Shown: positions 9,435 to 18,479, counted from the first letter of the stretch. The stretch is 33,491 nucleotides of DNA from an uncultured Janthinobacterium sp. (GCA_964658025.1 CAZZXB010000013.1:1-33491); one strand, 5' to 3'. Made by a program: numbers and translations. The notes: generated by a model not told the origin, from the letters alone.

Positions 9435-10493
9435 CTACCGCGCGACGCGTATCGTTTCGGCGTCGGGCCGCGCGCGCGCGAACGCGACCGAGAGATACGC
9501 GAGCGTCGATTCGGCGCCCATATTTTCGTTGGCGCCGCTCCGCTCGAGCCCGTCGCGACAACCGCCGCCGACGGCGAGCGGTATCCGCGCCGTGTTCTGT
9601 CCGAAAAACCAGTCTCGGGCGCACGCGGCGAGCGTTTCGTAGCGCGCCCCGCCGCCCGCGGCGAGCGCCGCGTGCGCGGCGTCGACGAGCGCCGACGCTT
9701 CGAGCGGTTGCTGACCGAAACGCGCGCGGACCCCGCCGCGACGGTACCAGCCGTCGTTGCCGATCGGGACGAGGACGCCGTCCTCGACGACGACCGACGC
9801 GTAGAAATCGAGGGTCGCGAGACCGAGTTCCACGTCGGCGCGCCGTCCGCGGAGGAGCCCGATCCGCAGGAGCGCTTCGGAGAGACGCGCGTTATCGTAC
9901 GTGAGCTCCGGCTCGAACCAATTCCAATCGGCCGAAGCGAAGGCGTCGCGACGCCCGTGGAGGTCGCTCGCGAAGAGGTCGAGCGTCGCGTCGATCGTCC
10001 GCGCGGCCTCGCCCGAGGCGACCTCGCGCGCGCGGACGAGTCCGAGCGCGGCGTACGCGCGCGAACGGACGGGTGCGAGCGCGCGCGCGATCGGTAGCGA
10101 ACGCTCGAGTAACGTGCCGCAGAGCGCTCGCCACTCGGCGCGTCTGGCGTGTCGCATCCCGTAGCCGAGCGCCCAGATCGCGCGGCCGTTGCTGTCTTCC
10201 GATCCGACGTCGTCGAGCCACGTCCGCGCGTAGCTCATGAAATTGCGAAACCGGCCGTCCGGCCGTTGCGCGTCGGCCAAGAACGCGAGATAGATCCGCG
10301 CGAGACGCGTGGCGCGATCGGCGAGGGCCGGAAATTCCGAGGCCGCGAGCGCGACCATGAACGCCCGGGCGACGTCGTCCGTGCAGTACCCTTCGGAGCG
10401 CTTCGGAACGTCGAACGCCGCGTGTTGCAGGATCCCGACGTCGTCGGTGATCGTCTCGAGATGGTCGAGCGACGGCGGTCGGTACACGATCAC
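9435..10493 (-). CDS. Glycosidase-like protein (homologue of the domain often fused C-terminally to GT4 enzymes)
   Basis: GTG at 10493 overlaps the GT4 stop; TDDVGILQHA, EGYCTDDVARA, GRFRNFM, WFEPELTYDNA, FGQQPLE, GGCRDGL, NMGAESTL. Confidence 0.8.
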   Translation of the reverse strand: MIVYRPPSLDHLETITDDVGILQHAAFDVPKRSEGYCTDDVARAFMVALAASEFPALADRATRLARIYLAFLADAQRPDGRFRNFMSYARTWLDDVGSEDSNGRAIWALGYGMRHARRAEWRALCGTLLERSLPIARALAPVRSRAYAALGLVRAREVASGEAARTIDATLDLFASDLHGRRDAFASADWNWFEPELTYDNARLSEALLRIGLLRGRRADVELGLATLDFYASVVVEDGVLVPIGNDGWYRRGGVRARFGQQPLEASALVDAAHAALAAGGGARYETLAACARDWFFGQNTARIPLAVGGGCRDGLERSGANENMGAESTLAYLSVAFARARPDAETIRVAR

Positions 10494-11698
10494 GCCGGCT
10501 GCTCGAACATCGCGGTTTCCGGTCTCGCGCCGCGCACGAGCCGGTCGAACAGCGCGCCGTACGCGCGCGCGACGTGCGGCCACGTCATCTGTCGTCCGAA
10601 ACGGTAGGCGCGACGTTCCGTCGCCCGCCGCAGCCACGGATCGTCGACGAAGGCGAGCAGGGCGCGCGAGATCGCCGCGGGATCGCGGAACGGAACGAGC
10701 CTGCCGCGTTCGCTCGCGAGCAACTCCTCGGCGTAGAGATACGGCGTCGACACGACGGCTTTTCCGAGACCGATCGCGTAGGCGAGCGTACCGCTCACGA
10801 TCTGATCGGGATTGAGATACGGCGTGAGGTAGATGTCGGTCGCGCCGAGATACGCGATGAGTTCGTCGAACTCCAAGAACTTGTCGACGAGCTTCACGTT
10901 CTTCTCGAGTCCGAGTTCTTCCACGAGCGCCGTGAGCTCGCGTCGATACGACTCGCCCTCGTGACGACGGACGCCGGGATGCGTCTGCCCGAGAATGAGG
11001 TAGAGCGCGCTCGGATGCCGGTCGGCGACCTCGCGCATCGCGCGGATGCCGTACTCGAGACCCTTCCCCCGACCGATCAAACCGAACGTCGAGATCACGA
11101 AACGATCCTCGAGTCCGAAGATGCCTTTGAGTTCCGACGTCGGTCGGAACGGAACGTCCGGAACGCCGTGGTGGATGACCGAGACGCGATCGGCCGGGAC
11201 GCCGTAGCCGCGCACCAAGATGTCCTTGCCCGTCTGCGAGAGCACGACGACGCCGTCGGCCCGGCCGCAGATCCTGCGCGCGAGTTCCCGATGCGAGGCG
11301 GTCGGATCCGGTAACACCGTATGCAACGTCACGACGAGCGTCTTCCGGAGCGGTTCGATGAGATCGAGAAACCACGCCCCGTCGTCGCCGCCGAAGAGAC
11401 CGTACTCGTGCTGGACGTTGAGCAGCGATGCGGGGAGCGCGTCGATCTTGAGCGCGGTCCGTCGATACTGGCTTCGATCGTCTTGCGCGAGGCGCCCGAC
11501 CACGTTCGGCGGGTAGCGTCGCTCCGCTCCGCCCGACTCGTCGATCGCGATCACGCCGCTACGCACGCCGAACGCATCGTCGAAACTGTCCACGACGTCG
11601 TTCGTGAACGTCGCGATCCCGCACTCGCGGGGCGGGTACGACCCGAGAAACAACAGGTCGGGCGCCCCGGACGCGAGCGATGACGAAGTAAGCGGCAC
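10490..11698 (-). CDS. Glycosyltransferase family 4
   Basis: YPPRECGIATF, QHEYGLFGG, TFGLIGRGKGLE, GQTHP, TPYLNPDQIVSGTLAYA; GAGAAGG RBS. Confidence 0.92.
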   Translation of the reverse strand: MPLTSSSLASGAPDLLFLGSYPPRECGIATFTNDVVDSFDDAFGVRSGVIAIDESGGAERRYPPNVVGRLAQDDRSQYRRTALKIDALPASLLNVQHEYGLFGGDDGAWFLDLIEPLRKTLVVTLHTVLPDPTASHRELARRICGRADGVVVLSQTGKDILVRGYGVPADRVSVIHHGVPDVPFRPTSELKGIFGLEDRFVISTFGLIGRGKGLEYGIRAMREVADRHPSALYLILGQTHPGVRRHEGESYRRELTALVEELGLEKNVKLVDKFLEFDELIAYLGATDIYLTPYLNPDQIVSGTLAYAIGLGKAVVSTPYLYAEELLASERGRLVPFRDPAAISRALLAFVDDPWLRRATERRAYRFGRQMTWPHVARAYGALFDRLVRGARPETAMFEQPA

Positions 11699-11748
11699 GT
11701 TACACCTTCTCAGGCTGTCGTCTTACCCGATATCGACCGTGCGCAATC

Positions 11749-12861
11749 TTACGTAGCCGCGGGCTCCTCGACGTGATCCGCCTCCGCCGCGATCACCCGC
11801 GCGTCGTTTTCGAGGACGACGCCGGGCCGGATCTCGGCGCCGTGACCGACGACCGCGCCCGCGCTCACGACCGCCTCGCGACCGACGCGGACGCCCGTCG
11901 CGAGGATCGCGTCGACGACTCTGGCGCCCGGCCCCACGTGCACGTCGCTCCAGAGGACCGATCGCGAGATCTCCGCTCCGGCCTCGATCCGGCAATCGGC
12001 GCCGATCGTCGCGTGCGGACCGACGACCGCTCCCGGATCGATCGCGGCGCCCGCGTCGACGTACGCCGGCGGCCGGACGTTCGACGGCAGACCCGGGCTG
12101 CCCGCGAACCACATCGTCCCGCCCGCCGGTCGACGTGCGTCGGCTTCGAGCGCGAGCTTGCGATCGAGCACGTCTTCGTGCGCCTGCAGGTACTGCCGCG
12201 GCCGACCGACGTCGAGCCAATAATCGTGCGTGGCGAACGCGTAGACCGGCTCGCCCGCGGCGATGAGCGCCGGAAACGTCTCCCGTTCGACCGAGACGGC
12301 GCGACCGACCGGAATCGTGTCGAGGACGCGACGTTCGAGCAGATAGGTGCCCGCGTTGATGTCGTTCGTCGGCGCGAGTTCGCGCGGCGGCTTCTCGACG
12401 AACGCCGAAACGCGTCCGCGTGCGTCGTGCGCGATGCAGCCGAACGCCGACGGGTCCTCGACTTCGATCGCGTGCAACGTGGCGACGGCGCCGACCGACT
12501 CGTGAAACGCGAGCATCGCGCGCAGGTCGAGGCTCGTCAACACGTCGCCGTTGAGTACGAAGAAGCGGCCCGTGAGACGATCGGCGACGTTGCGGAGCGC
12601 GCCCGCGGTTCCGAGCGGCGAGGCCTCGAGGACGTACCGCACGGTCACGCCGACGCGCGCGCCCTCGCCGAAGTGATCGACGATCGCCTCGGGCAGGTAG
12701 CCCGCGGCGAGGACGACTTCCGTCACGCCCGCGTCGCGCAGGCGCACGATCGTACGCTCGAGGAACGGGATGCCGAACAACGGCACCATCGGCTTGGGCG
12801 TCTTCAGCGTTAGCGGACGAAGCCGCGTGCCTTCGCCGCCGACCAAAATTACTGCTTGCAC
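11749..12861 (-). CDS. NDP-sugar pyrophosphorylase (mannose-1-phosphate guanylyltransferase-like)
   Basis: GTG start; QAVILVGGEGTRLRPLT..TPKPM, PLGTAGAL, LNGDV, FVEKP, INAGTY, SVERETFP, YWLDVG; hexapeptide tail. Confidence 0.92.
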   Translation of the reverse strand: MQAVILVGGEGTRLRPLTLKTPKPMVPLFGIPFLERTIVRLRDAGVTEVVLAAGYLPEAIVDHFGEGARVGVTVRYVLEASPLGTAGALRNVADRLTGRFFVLNGDVLTSLDLRAMLAFHESVGAVATLHAIEVEDPSAFGCIAHDARGRVSAFVEKPPRELAPTNDINAGTYLLERRVLDTIPVGRAVSVERETFPALIAAGEPVYAFATHDYWLDVGRPRQYLQAHEDVLDRKLALEADARRPAGGTMWFAGSPGLPSNVRPPAYVDAGAAIDPGAVVGPHATIGADCRIEAGAEISRSVLWSDVHVGPGARVVDAILATGVRVGREAVVSAGAVVGHGAEIRPGVVLENDARVIAAEADHVEEPAAT

Positions 12862-12956
12862 GTTACGGAGCCACGTTTGCGCGGGGCGGAGACGCTTCCT
12901 ACGCGTGCCCGCTGGAGGGGTCCGAGCGTCTCCCGCCAATGAGCGTCCGTCGCCAT

Positions 12957-13030
12957 TCCCGGGTCGTCTAATGGTAGGACAGCAGACTCTGACTCTGCTT
13001 ATCGTGGTTCGAGTCCATGCCCGGGAGCCA
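12957..13030 (+). tRNA. tRNA-Gln (anticodon CTG)
   Basis: Acceptor TCCCGGG/CCCGGGA, anticodon arm GCAGA-CTCTGAC-TCTGC, GGTTCGAGTCC T-arm, encoded CCA. Confidence 0.97.
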
Positions 13031-13034
13031 ACGT

Positions 13035-13110
13035 GGCCCCATCGTCTAGAGGCCTAGGACGCTGCCCTCTCACGGCGGTAACGCGGGTTCGAATCCCGCT
13101 GGGGCTACCA
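13035..13110 (+). tRNA. tRNA-Glu (anticodon CTC)
   Basis: Acceptor GGCCCCA/TGGGGCT, anticodon arm CTGCC-CTCTCAC-GGCGG, GGTTCGAATCC, encoded CCA; 4 nt after tRNA-Gln. Confidence 0.97.
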
Positions 13111-13308
13111 CGCGACGTCCGCATCGGTCGGCGGAACGTTAAAAACGACGCCGATGCGTCGCTTGCTGTTCGATCGTGACGGACTCGCGCCGGATCCGTC
13201 GTTCGAAGGGACGCTCGACGCGTGCGCGATGCGTCCGAAATCGTGCCCGTCGGCTAACGGCTTCGGCCCGTGGGTCGCTTCCCGGCGGGCCTACCCGAAC
13301 CGTAGACG

Positions 13309-13515
13309 TTACTCGGCACTCCTGCGACGTTTGACGCCTTCGCGCTTGAGCATGAGTTCGATCTGTCGCTCGCTACGATCGGTGAGGAGCTTCGTGATCG
13401 CCAGGTTCACGAGACCGCTCATCGCGACGTCGTGCGCCTGAGCCGTTTTCTTGAGCAGCTTCAGCGCTTTCGGCTGCATGGTAAACGAAGTTACTTTGAA
13501 AGGACGTTCTTGCAT
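13309..13515 (-). CDS. Small basic ribbon-helix-helix-like DNA-binding protein (68 aa)
   Basis: MQERPFKVTSFTMQPKALKLLKKTAQAHDVAMSGLVNLAITKLL...: alternating beta strand, helix, turn, then S-x-L-V-x-x-A-I helix. Confidence 0.7.
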   Translation of the reverse strand: MQERPFKVTSFTMQPKALKLLKKTAQAHDVAMSGLVNLAITKLLTDRSERQIELMLKREGVKRRRSAE

Positions 13516-13565
13516 AATTATCGCTTTGCGGGACGGTTCGCTAATGCCTGGCTCGGACGCGAATA

Positions 13566-14900
13566 TTAACGCGCTTGCGCGGAGCGTTCCGACTGCGAGG
13601 CGACGACGTCCACGTCGGGCGCGCACGTCGCGACGACGTAACGATTGCGACCGCGGTCTTTCGCTTGGTAGAGGGCGCGATCGGCGACTTCGAACAACTC
13701 GTCGAGCGAGGTGCGGGCCGCATCGTCCGTTTTACCTATACCGACGCTGACGCTGACGATGCCGGAGGCCATTCCTTCGTGCGCGATCCGCGCGCGTTCG
13801 ACGCGCTTCTGTAAACGCTCCGCTACGACGATCGCCTCGCGAACGGTGACGTCGCAGAGCGCGACGACGAACTCCTCCCCACCGAAACGCGCGACGAAGT
13901 CGTGTCGTCGCACGGCCGACTTGCGCAACAACGCGGCGACGCGGCGGAGCGCGACGTCGCCGCGCGCGTGACCGTACCGATCGTTATAGCGTTTGAAATG
14001 ATCGATATCGACGACGAGTAACGCGAAACCGAGTCGCCGACGTTCGGCGAACGCGTAGACGCCGCGGAGATACTCGTCGAGTCCGCGTCGGTTCGGGAGA
14101 CCGGTGAGCGCGTCGCGCGTGGCGAGTTCGGTCAGCCGCAGATAGAGCGCGGCGATCTCGCGAAAGAGCACGAAGAGGACGGCGCCCGCCCCGAGCGACG
14201 TCGGAACGCGGGCGAGATACCAACCGAGCGCGTTCGCGTTCCCGCCGAGGCCGCCGAGCGCGCCCTCGAGTCCCGACGCGAACGTCGAGAGCGCGATCCA
14301 CACCGCGAGGTTCGTCGCGTATCCGCCGCGACCGAGGACGATCGCGCAGGCGATCGCGTCGGCGCACACGATCGTCCACGAGAAGGCGGGCACGTGCGGC
14401 GAGAGCGCGGCGGCGAAGATCGCGAGCGTCGCCCCGCACGCCGCGGACGCGAAGACGGTGAACCCGAGCGTCCGATCGATCTCGCCGCGCGCGTAGATCC
14501 GACGATCGAGTCTGGGATCGACGACGAACGCGGTCGCGACGAGCGTCGCGAAGATCACCTGCCGCACCGTCCACAAGAACGTCGCCTCGCCCGAGCCGCC
14601 GATGAGGTGCGGGATCGCGAAGATCGCCGAGATCTCGAAGGCGCTCGCGAGGACGACGACCCCGACCGAGCCCGAGACGTAGAATTGTCCGACGAGCAAG
14701 ACCGCCGCGAGGGTCGCGGCGCAGAACGAAAACGTGCTCTCGATCGGAACGAACGTCGTCGCCTGCGGGAGTGCGACGGATTCCGTGAGCCTCGCGATCA
14801 CCGCCACGATCCCGAGCCCCGCCGCGAAGCAGCTCGCCGCGCGCCAGGAGTCGCGCGTCACGGCGCGACCGAATCCGTCTCGAAAGCCCGCCGATTGCAA
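13566..14900 (-). CDS. Membrane-anchored diguanylate cyclase (MASE4-like sensor + GGDEF)
   Basis: Multiple TM helices with LLVGQF; D.LTGLPNRR, DIDHFKRYND.YGH..GD, RRHD-x5-GGEEF, ADRALYQAK..GRN. Confidence 0.92.
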   Translation of the reverse strand: MQSAGFRDGFGRAVTRDSWRAASCFAAGLGIVAVIARLTESVALPQATTFVPIESTFSFCAATLAAVLLVGQFYVSGSVGVVVLASAFEISAIFAIPHLIGGSGEATFLWTVRQVIFATLVATAFVVDPRLDRRIYARGEIDRTLGFTVFASAACGATLAIFAAALSPHVPAFSWTIVCADAIACAIVLGRGGYATNLAVWIALSTFASGLEGALGGLGGNANALGWYLARVPTSLGAGAVLFVLFREIAALYLRLTELATRDALTGLPNRRGLDEYLRGVYAFAERRRLGFALLVVDIDHFKRYNDRYGHARGDVALRRVAALLRKSAVRRHDFVARFGGEEFVVALCDVTVREAIVVAERLQKRVERARIAHEGMASGIVSVSVGIGKTDDAARTSLDELFEVADRALYQAKDRGRNRYVVATCAPDVDVVASQSERSAQAR

Positions 14901-14992
14901 CCTTCACGCTCCCTCTCGAGGATGTTATCGGCATCACGCGCGCCGACATAAGGAACGGGCTCGCGAAAGCCGATACGCTCGGGCCGGCGGAC

Positions 14993-15349
14993 CTACAGGC
15001 GGCGCGGCAACGCGTTGCCGAGGAGCGTCCCGCACACGAGCGCGACCGAAGCGACGACGAGCACGGTCGGCGACACGCTCGGCAGGGCGAGGCGAACGAC
15101 GGCTTCGGGCTCGGTCGACGCGACCCGGGCTTCGCGCGCACGATCGTCCGTCGGCACGAGGTCGCTCGCGCTTCCGTTCCGGGCGGACGCATCGGCGCCG
15201 CCCGTCGCGCGCGCGGATCCACGTTCGAAATTCGCGATCGCGACGCCGTCCGAGAGATCCGCGTGTCGCGCGATCGCTTCGAGGACCGCCGAGATGTCGC
15301 GACGGCGACGCTCTACTTGTTGCTCGAGGCGACGCGCGTCTTCGCCCAT
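14993..15349 (-). CDS. Hypothetical protein, DUF3618-like N-terminal helix and C-terminal TM
   Basis: AAGGAGG RBS before ATG 15349; MGEDARRLEQQVERRRRDISAVLEAI; hydrophobic tail; follows a DUF1469 gene, the usual context for DUF3618. Confidence 0.6.
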   Translation of the reverse strand: MGEDARRLEQQVERRRRDISAVLEAIARHADLSDGVAIANFERGSARATGGADASARNGSASDLVPTDDRAREARVASTEPEAVVRLALPSVSPTVLVVASVALVCGTLLGNALPRRL

Positions 15350-15729
15350 TCGAGATCCTCCTTTTTCGGATTCGAGACGTGCTCCGCCGACGACGGGACG
15401 ACCGCGTGCATGCGCGCTCTCGCGGCGACGGCGAACATCGCGGTCGCGCCGACGAGGACGGCCGAGACGAGCGCGGCCGCTTCCCAGTCGGGCAGGACCG
15501 TCGCGATCGCGACGATCGCGGTGATCGTGAGCGCGACGAGCGCGAGGAGCCCGAACGTCACGGCGATCGCGGCGTACGCGAGCGTGACGCCGAGCCCGCG
15601 AACCTTGCGCTCGACGTCGCGTTTGGCGAGTTCGATCTCGGCCGTGACGAGTTCGCCGATCTGCGACGACAGGCGTGCGAGCAAACTCGGCAGCGACAGT
15701 GATTTGAGATGGTCGGTCGGCTCGTCCAC
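15313..15729 (-). CDS. DUF1469 / 'phage holin family' membrane protein
   Basis: SLPSLLARLSSQIGELVTAEIELAKRDV, two TM helices, W.AAALV, KEDLEWAK tail. Confidence 0.8.
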   Translation of the reverse strand: MDEPTDHLKSLSLPSLLARLSSQIGELVTAEIELAKRDVERKVRGLGVTLAYAAIAVTFGLLALVALTITAIVAIATVLPDWEAAALVSAVLVGATAMFAVAARARMHAVVPSSAEHVSNPKKEDLEWAKTRVASSNK

Positions 15730-15785
15730 GATGTTCCCCTAGGCGGCGCTCGGGCGATTCCTTGCACGTGGGGGCCGCACGTTCC

Positions 15786-17597
15786 TCAGGCGGTCGGGAC
15801 TTCCGCCGGGCGCGCCGCCCGCTCCGACGCAGGCCGGGCTTCGTGCGACAGGTTGAAAGCACTATTGATGAGTCCGACGTGCGAAAAGGCCTGCGGAAAG
15901 TTTCCGACGAGCCGCCTCGCCGTCGGATCGTACTCCTCGGCGAGCAAGCCGACGTCGTTCGCGACCGCGGCGACGCGATCGAACAACGCGCGCGCGTCGT
16001 CGCGCCGTCCGACGAGCACGAGCGCGTCGACGAGCCAAAAGCTGCAGGCGAGAAACGCACCCTCGCCCGGCGGAAAGCCGTCTTCGGTCCCCGCCGCTCG
16101 ATCGTAGCGGAGCACGAACCCGTCGCGGACGAGGTCGCGCTCGATCGCCTCGATCGTCCCGACGACGCGCGGATCGTCCGGCGGTAAGAATCCGACGGCC
16201 GGGATGAGGAGCGTCGCGGCGTCGAGCGCCGTGGAGCCGTAGGATTGCACGAACGCGTTGCGCGCGGGATCGAATCCGTTCGCGACGACGTCGGCGGCGA
16301 TCGCGTCGCGAACGCCGCGCCATCGTTCGAGCGGCCCCTCGAACCCGTCGCGTTCGATCGCCGTCACGGCGCGATCGAGCGCGACCCACGCCATGACTTT
16401 CGAATGCGTGAAGTGACGCGGCTCGCCGCGCACCTCCCAGAGTCCGCGATCGGGTTCGCGCCAGCAGTCCTCGACGTGCGAGACGATCGCTTTCATCAAC
16501 GCCCATTCGTCCTCGGAGGTCTCGATGCCGTACCGCGTCGCGGCGTGGAGGAGATCGATCACCTCGCCGAAGACGTCGAGTTGGAACTGACCGCGCGCGC
16601 CGTTTCCGACGCGGACCGGCCGCGAACCCTCGTACCCCGCGAGCCACGGCAACTCGATCTCCTCGACGCGCCGGATCCCCGTGATGCCGTAGACGATCTG
16701 CAGGTCGGCCGGACTTCCGGCGATCGCGCGCAAGAGCCAGCGACGCCACGCGATCGCGGCGCGTCGATCTCCGGCGGCCAGGAGCGCCTCGAGCGTGAAC
16801 GTCGCATCGCGCAACCAACAGTATCGGTAATCCCAGTTACGCACGCCGCCGATCTTCTCCGGAAGCGACGTCGTCGCGGCCGCGACGATCCCGCCGGTCG
16901 GCGCGTACGTGAGCGCCTTGAGCGTGAGCAGCGAACGCGTCACGCGTTCGCGATCGGGTCCGTCGTACGCGCATCCGTCGACCGCGTCGTGCCACACCGC
17001 GTCGGTCGCGGCGAACGCGTCGCCGTCCGTGCGCGGATGCGGGGTCGCCTCGAATGAGGGGAAGTACGTGAGTTCGCAGTCGACGCGCTCGGTCGCGCGC
17101 ACGACGAACGATGCGACCGTCTTCATCCCGTCGGCGCGCAGATCGAGATCCGTCGCGAGCAACAGCGCGTCGGGTCCGGCGATCGCGAGCAGGCCTTCCG
17201 CCGAACGATGGACCCACGGTACGATCGTTCCATAACCGAACCGCACGACGTACTCCATCCGCATCGGCACCGAACCCGACAGACCGCGCACGGAGCGCAG
17301 GATCCGCGGACCGCCGCTCGCGAGCATCGCGTCGACGAGCACGACCGATCCCGTCGCGCACGAGAACGTCGTCTCCAACACGAGCGAGTTCGGACGATAG
17401 CGGCGCGAGACGACGTACGCGGGATCCGCCGGGACGATCTGCCAGCGACCGTTTTCCGCGCCGCCGACGAGCGCGGCGAACGCGGCCGGACTATCGAAAC
17501 GCGGCGCGCAGAACCAATCGATCGAACCGTCCGTTCCGACGAGCGCGGCGGCATGCATGTCGCCCAAGAGCGCGTAGTCCTCGATTCGCAAACCCAC
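15786..17597 (-). CDS. Glycoside hydrolase family 15 (trehalase/glucoamylase-like)
   Basis: IEDYALLGD, SIDWFCAPRFDS, AAATTSLPE.IGG.RNWDYRYCWLRD, QLDVFGE, GLWEVRG, EGAFLACSFW, GLLAEE, GNFPQAFSH. Confidence 0.95.
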   Translation of the reverse strand: MGLRIEDYALLGDMHAAALVGTDGSIDWFCAPRFDSPAAFAALVGGAENGRWQIVPADPAYVVSRRYRPNSLVLETTFSCATGSVVLVDAMLASGGPRILRSVRGLSGSVPMRMEYVVRFGYGTIVPWVHRSAEGLLAIAGPDALLLATDLDLRADGMKTVASFVVRATERVDCELTYFPSFEATPHPRTDGDAFAATDAVWHDAVDGCAYDGPDRERVTRSLLTLKALTYAPTGGIVAAATTSLPEKIGGVRNWDYRYCWLRDATFTLEALLAAGDRRAAIAWRRWLLRAIAGSPADLQIVYGITGIRRVEEIELPWLAGYEGSRPVRVGNGARGQFQLDVFGEVIDLLHAATRYGIETSEDEWALMKAIVSHVEDCWREPDRGLWEVRGEPRHFTHSKVMAWVALDRAVTAIERDGFEGPLERWRGVRDAIAADVVANGFDPARNAFVQSYGSTALDAATLLIPAVGFLPPDDPRVVGTIEAIERDLVRDGFVLRYDRAAGTEDGFPPGEGAFLACSFWLVDALVLVGRRDDARALFDRVAAVANDVGLLAEEYDPTARRLVGNFPQAFSHVGLINSAFNLSHEARPASERAARPAEVPTA

Positions 17598-17813
17598 CGA
17601 AGCGTAGTTGAACCGGACGGAGCGATGTCCCGCGCGCCGCGAGAGAGCGGAACGCCGCAGGCCGACCCCATATCCGAACGAACCTCACACGATGGACGCG
17701 ATCCGCGATCTCCCCCGCGCTCGATCGACCGACGTCGGACGCCGCGGCACCCGCGCGTTACGTACCGGCGACGGACGTGCGGACGTATCCGCACCGCGTG
17801 AAGGGATATCCCG

Positions 17814-18479
17814 ATGACCATCATCGATTTCGAAGACGGACTCGAGCTGTTGCGAGAGCACGACATCCGCGTCGTTCGCGCGCGCGTCGTCGAGAGTGCC
17901 GACGACGCCGTCAGCTTCGCGGCACGGCGCACGATCGATCTGCGGATCCTCGCGCCATCCGACGTCGACGAGCGGACGATCGAACCGGGACTTCGCGCGA
18001 GCGACAAGATCCGCGGCGCCTACGCGCGCCTTCACGAGCGCGTCCTCGCGCATCCGGGAAGTCGTATCCTCGCGCGTCGGATCCTCGAGGTCGGCAACGA
18101 CGTCGCGATCGAGGGACGCGACGACGCGGACCTCGGACGGATCGTCGAGATACGCAGCGGCGATCGCGCGGCACATCGGCTCCATCCGCTCGGCGAACAG
18201 CGCGCCGAGGCGATGCTCGCCGAACTGCACGCGAAACTCGGCGTCGCTTCGAGCGGCGCGCGGACGCGCATGCTCGCGCATCTCCTGCTCCACGTCTCGA
18301 ACGTCTTCGACGACGAGGCGATCGAACGCGTCGTCCTCGATCAAGTTCGCGTCGCCGACAACTCCTACGAAGTCGCCGACGCGCACATCTTCGCGAAAGG
18401 CCCGCTCGCTTTCGAACGTCGGCGCGGCGGCCCCGCGCGCGAACGGGACGGCTATTACGCCCCGGCGAGTCGCAACTAA
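17814..18479 (+). CDS. Stand-alone degenerate ATP-grasp domain of the acetate-CoA ligase/Pat family
   Basis: EDGLELLREHDIRV...VESADDAV, GRDDADLGRIV (~G..RDP.FGP.V), RLHPLGEQRAEAML, ADAHI; shortened relative to active domains. Confidence 0.6.
   Translation: MTIIDFEDGLELLREHDIRVVRARVVESADDAVSFAARRTIDLRILAPSDVDERTIEPGLRASDKIRGAYARLHERVLAHPGSRILARRILEVGNDVAIEGRDDADLGRIVEIRSGDRAAHRLHPLGEQRAEAMLAELHAKLGVASSGARTRMLAHLLLHVSNVFDDEAIERVVLDQVRVADNSYEVADAHIFAKGPLAFERRRGGPARERDGYYAPASRN

Noticed and set aside
1448..11375. Apparent long N-terminal extensions in the ORF track (1448-3214, 3239-5284, 4159-6279, 9435-11375)
   Set aside because: The extensions overlap the upstream genes in another frame; internal starts with an RBS or stop-start overlap fit better.
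1448..12861. Recent duplication of the two NDP-sugar pyrophosphorylases
   Set aside because: The proteins are clearly divergent outside the family motifs, so they look like old paralogues.
12957..13030. U1-A72 pair in tRNA-Gln
   Set aside because: A normal identity element of bacterial tRNA-Gln.
13516..13565. c-di-GMP-I riboswitch (CGCAAAGC) upstream of the RHH gene
   Set aside because: Lacks the GGCAAAC/GNRA P2 stem and the downstream P3; the region is too short.
15313..15729. Prophage, suggested by the 'holin' label
   Set aside because: DUF1469 proteins are common chromosomal membrane proteins; no endolysin or phage structural genes are present.
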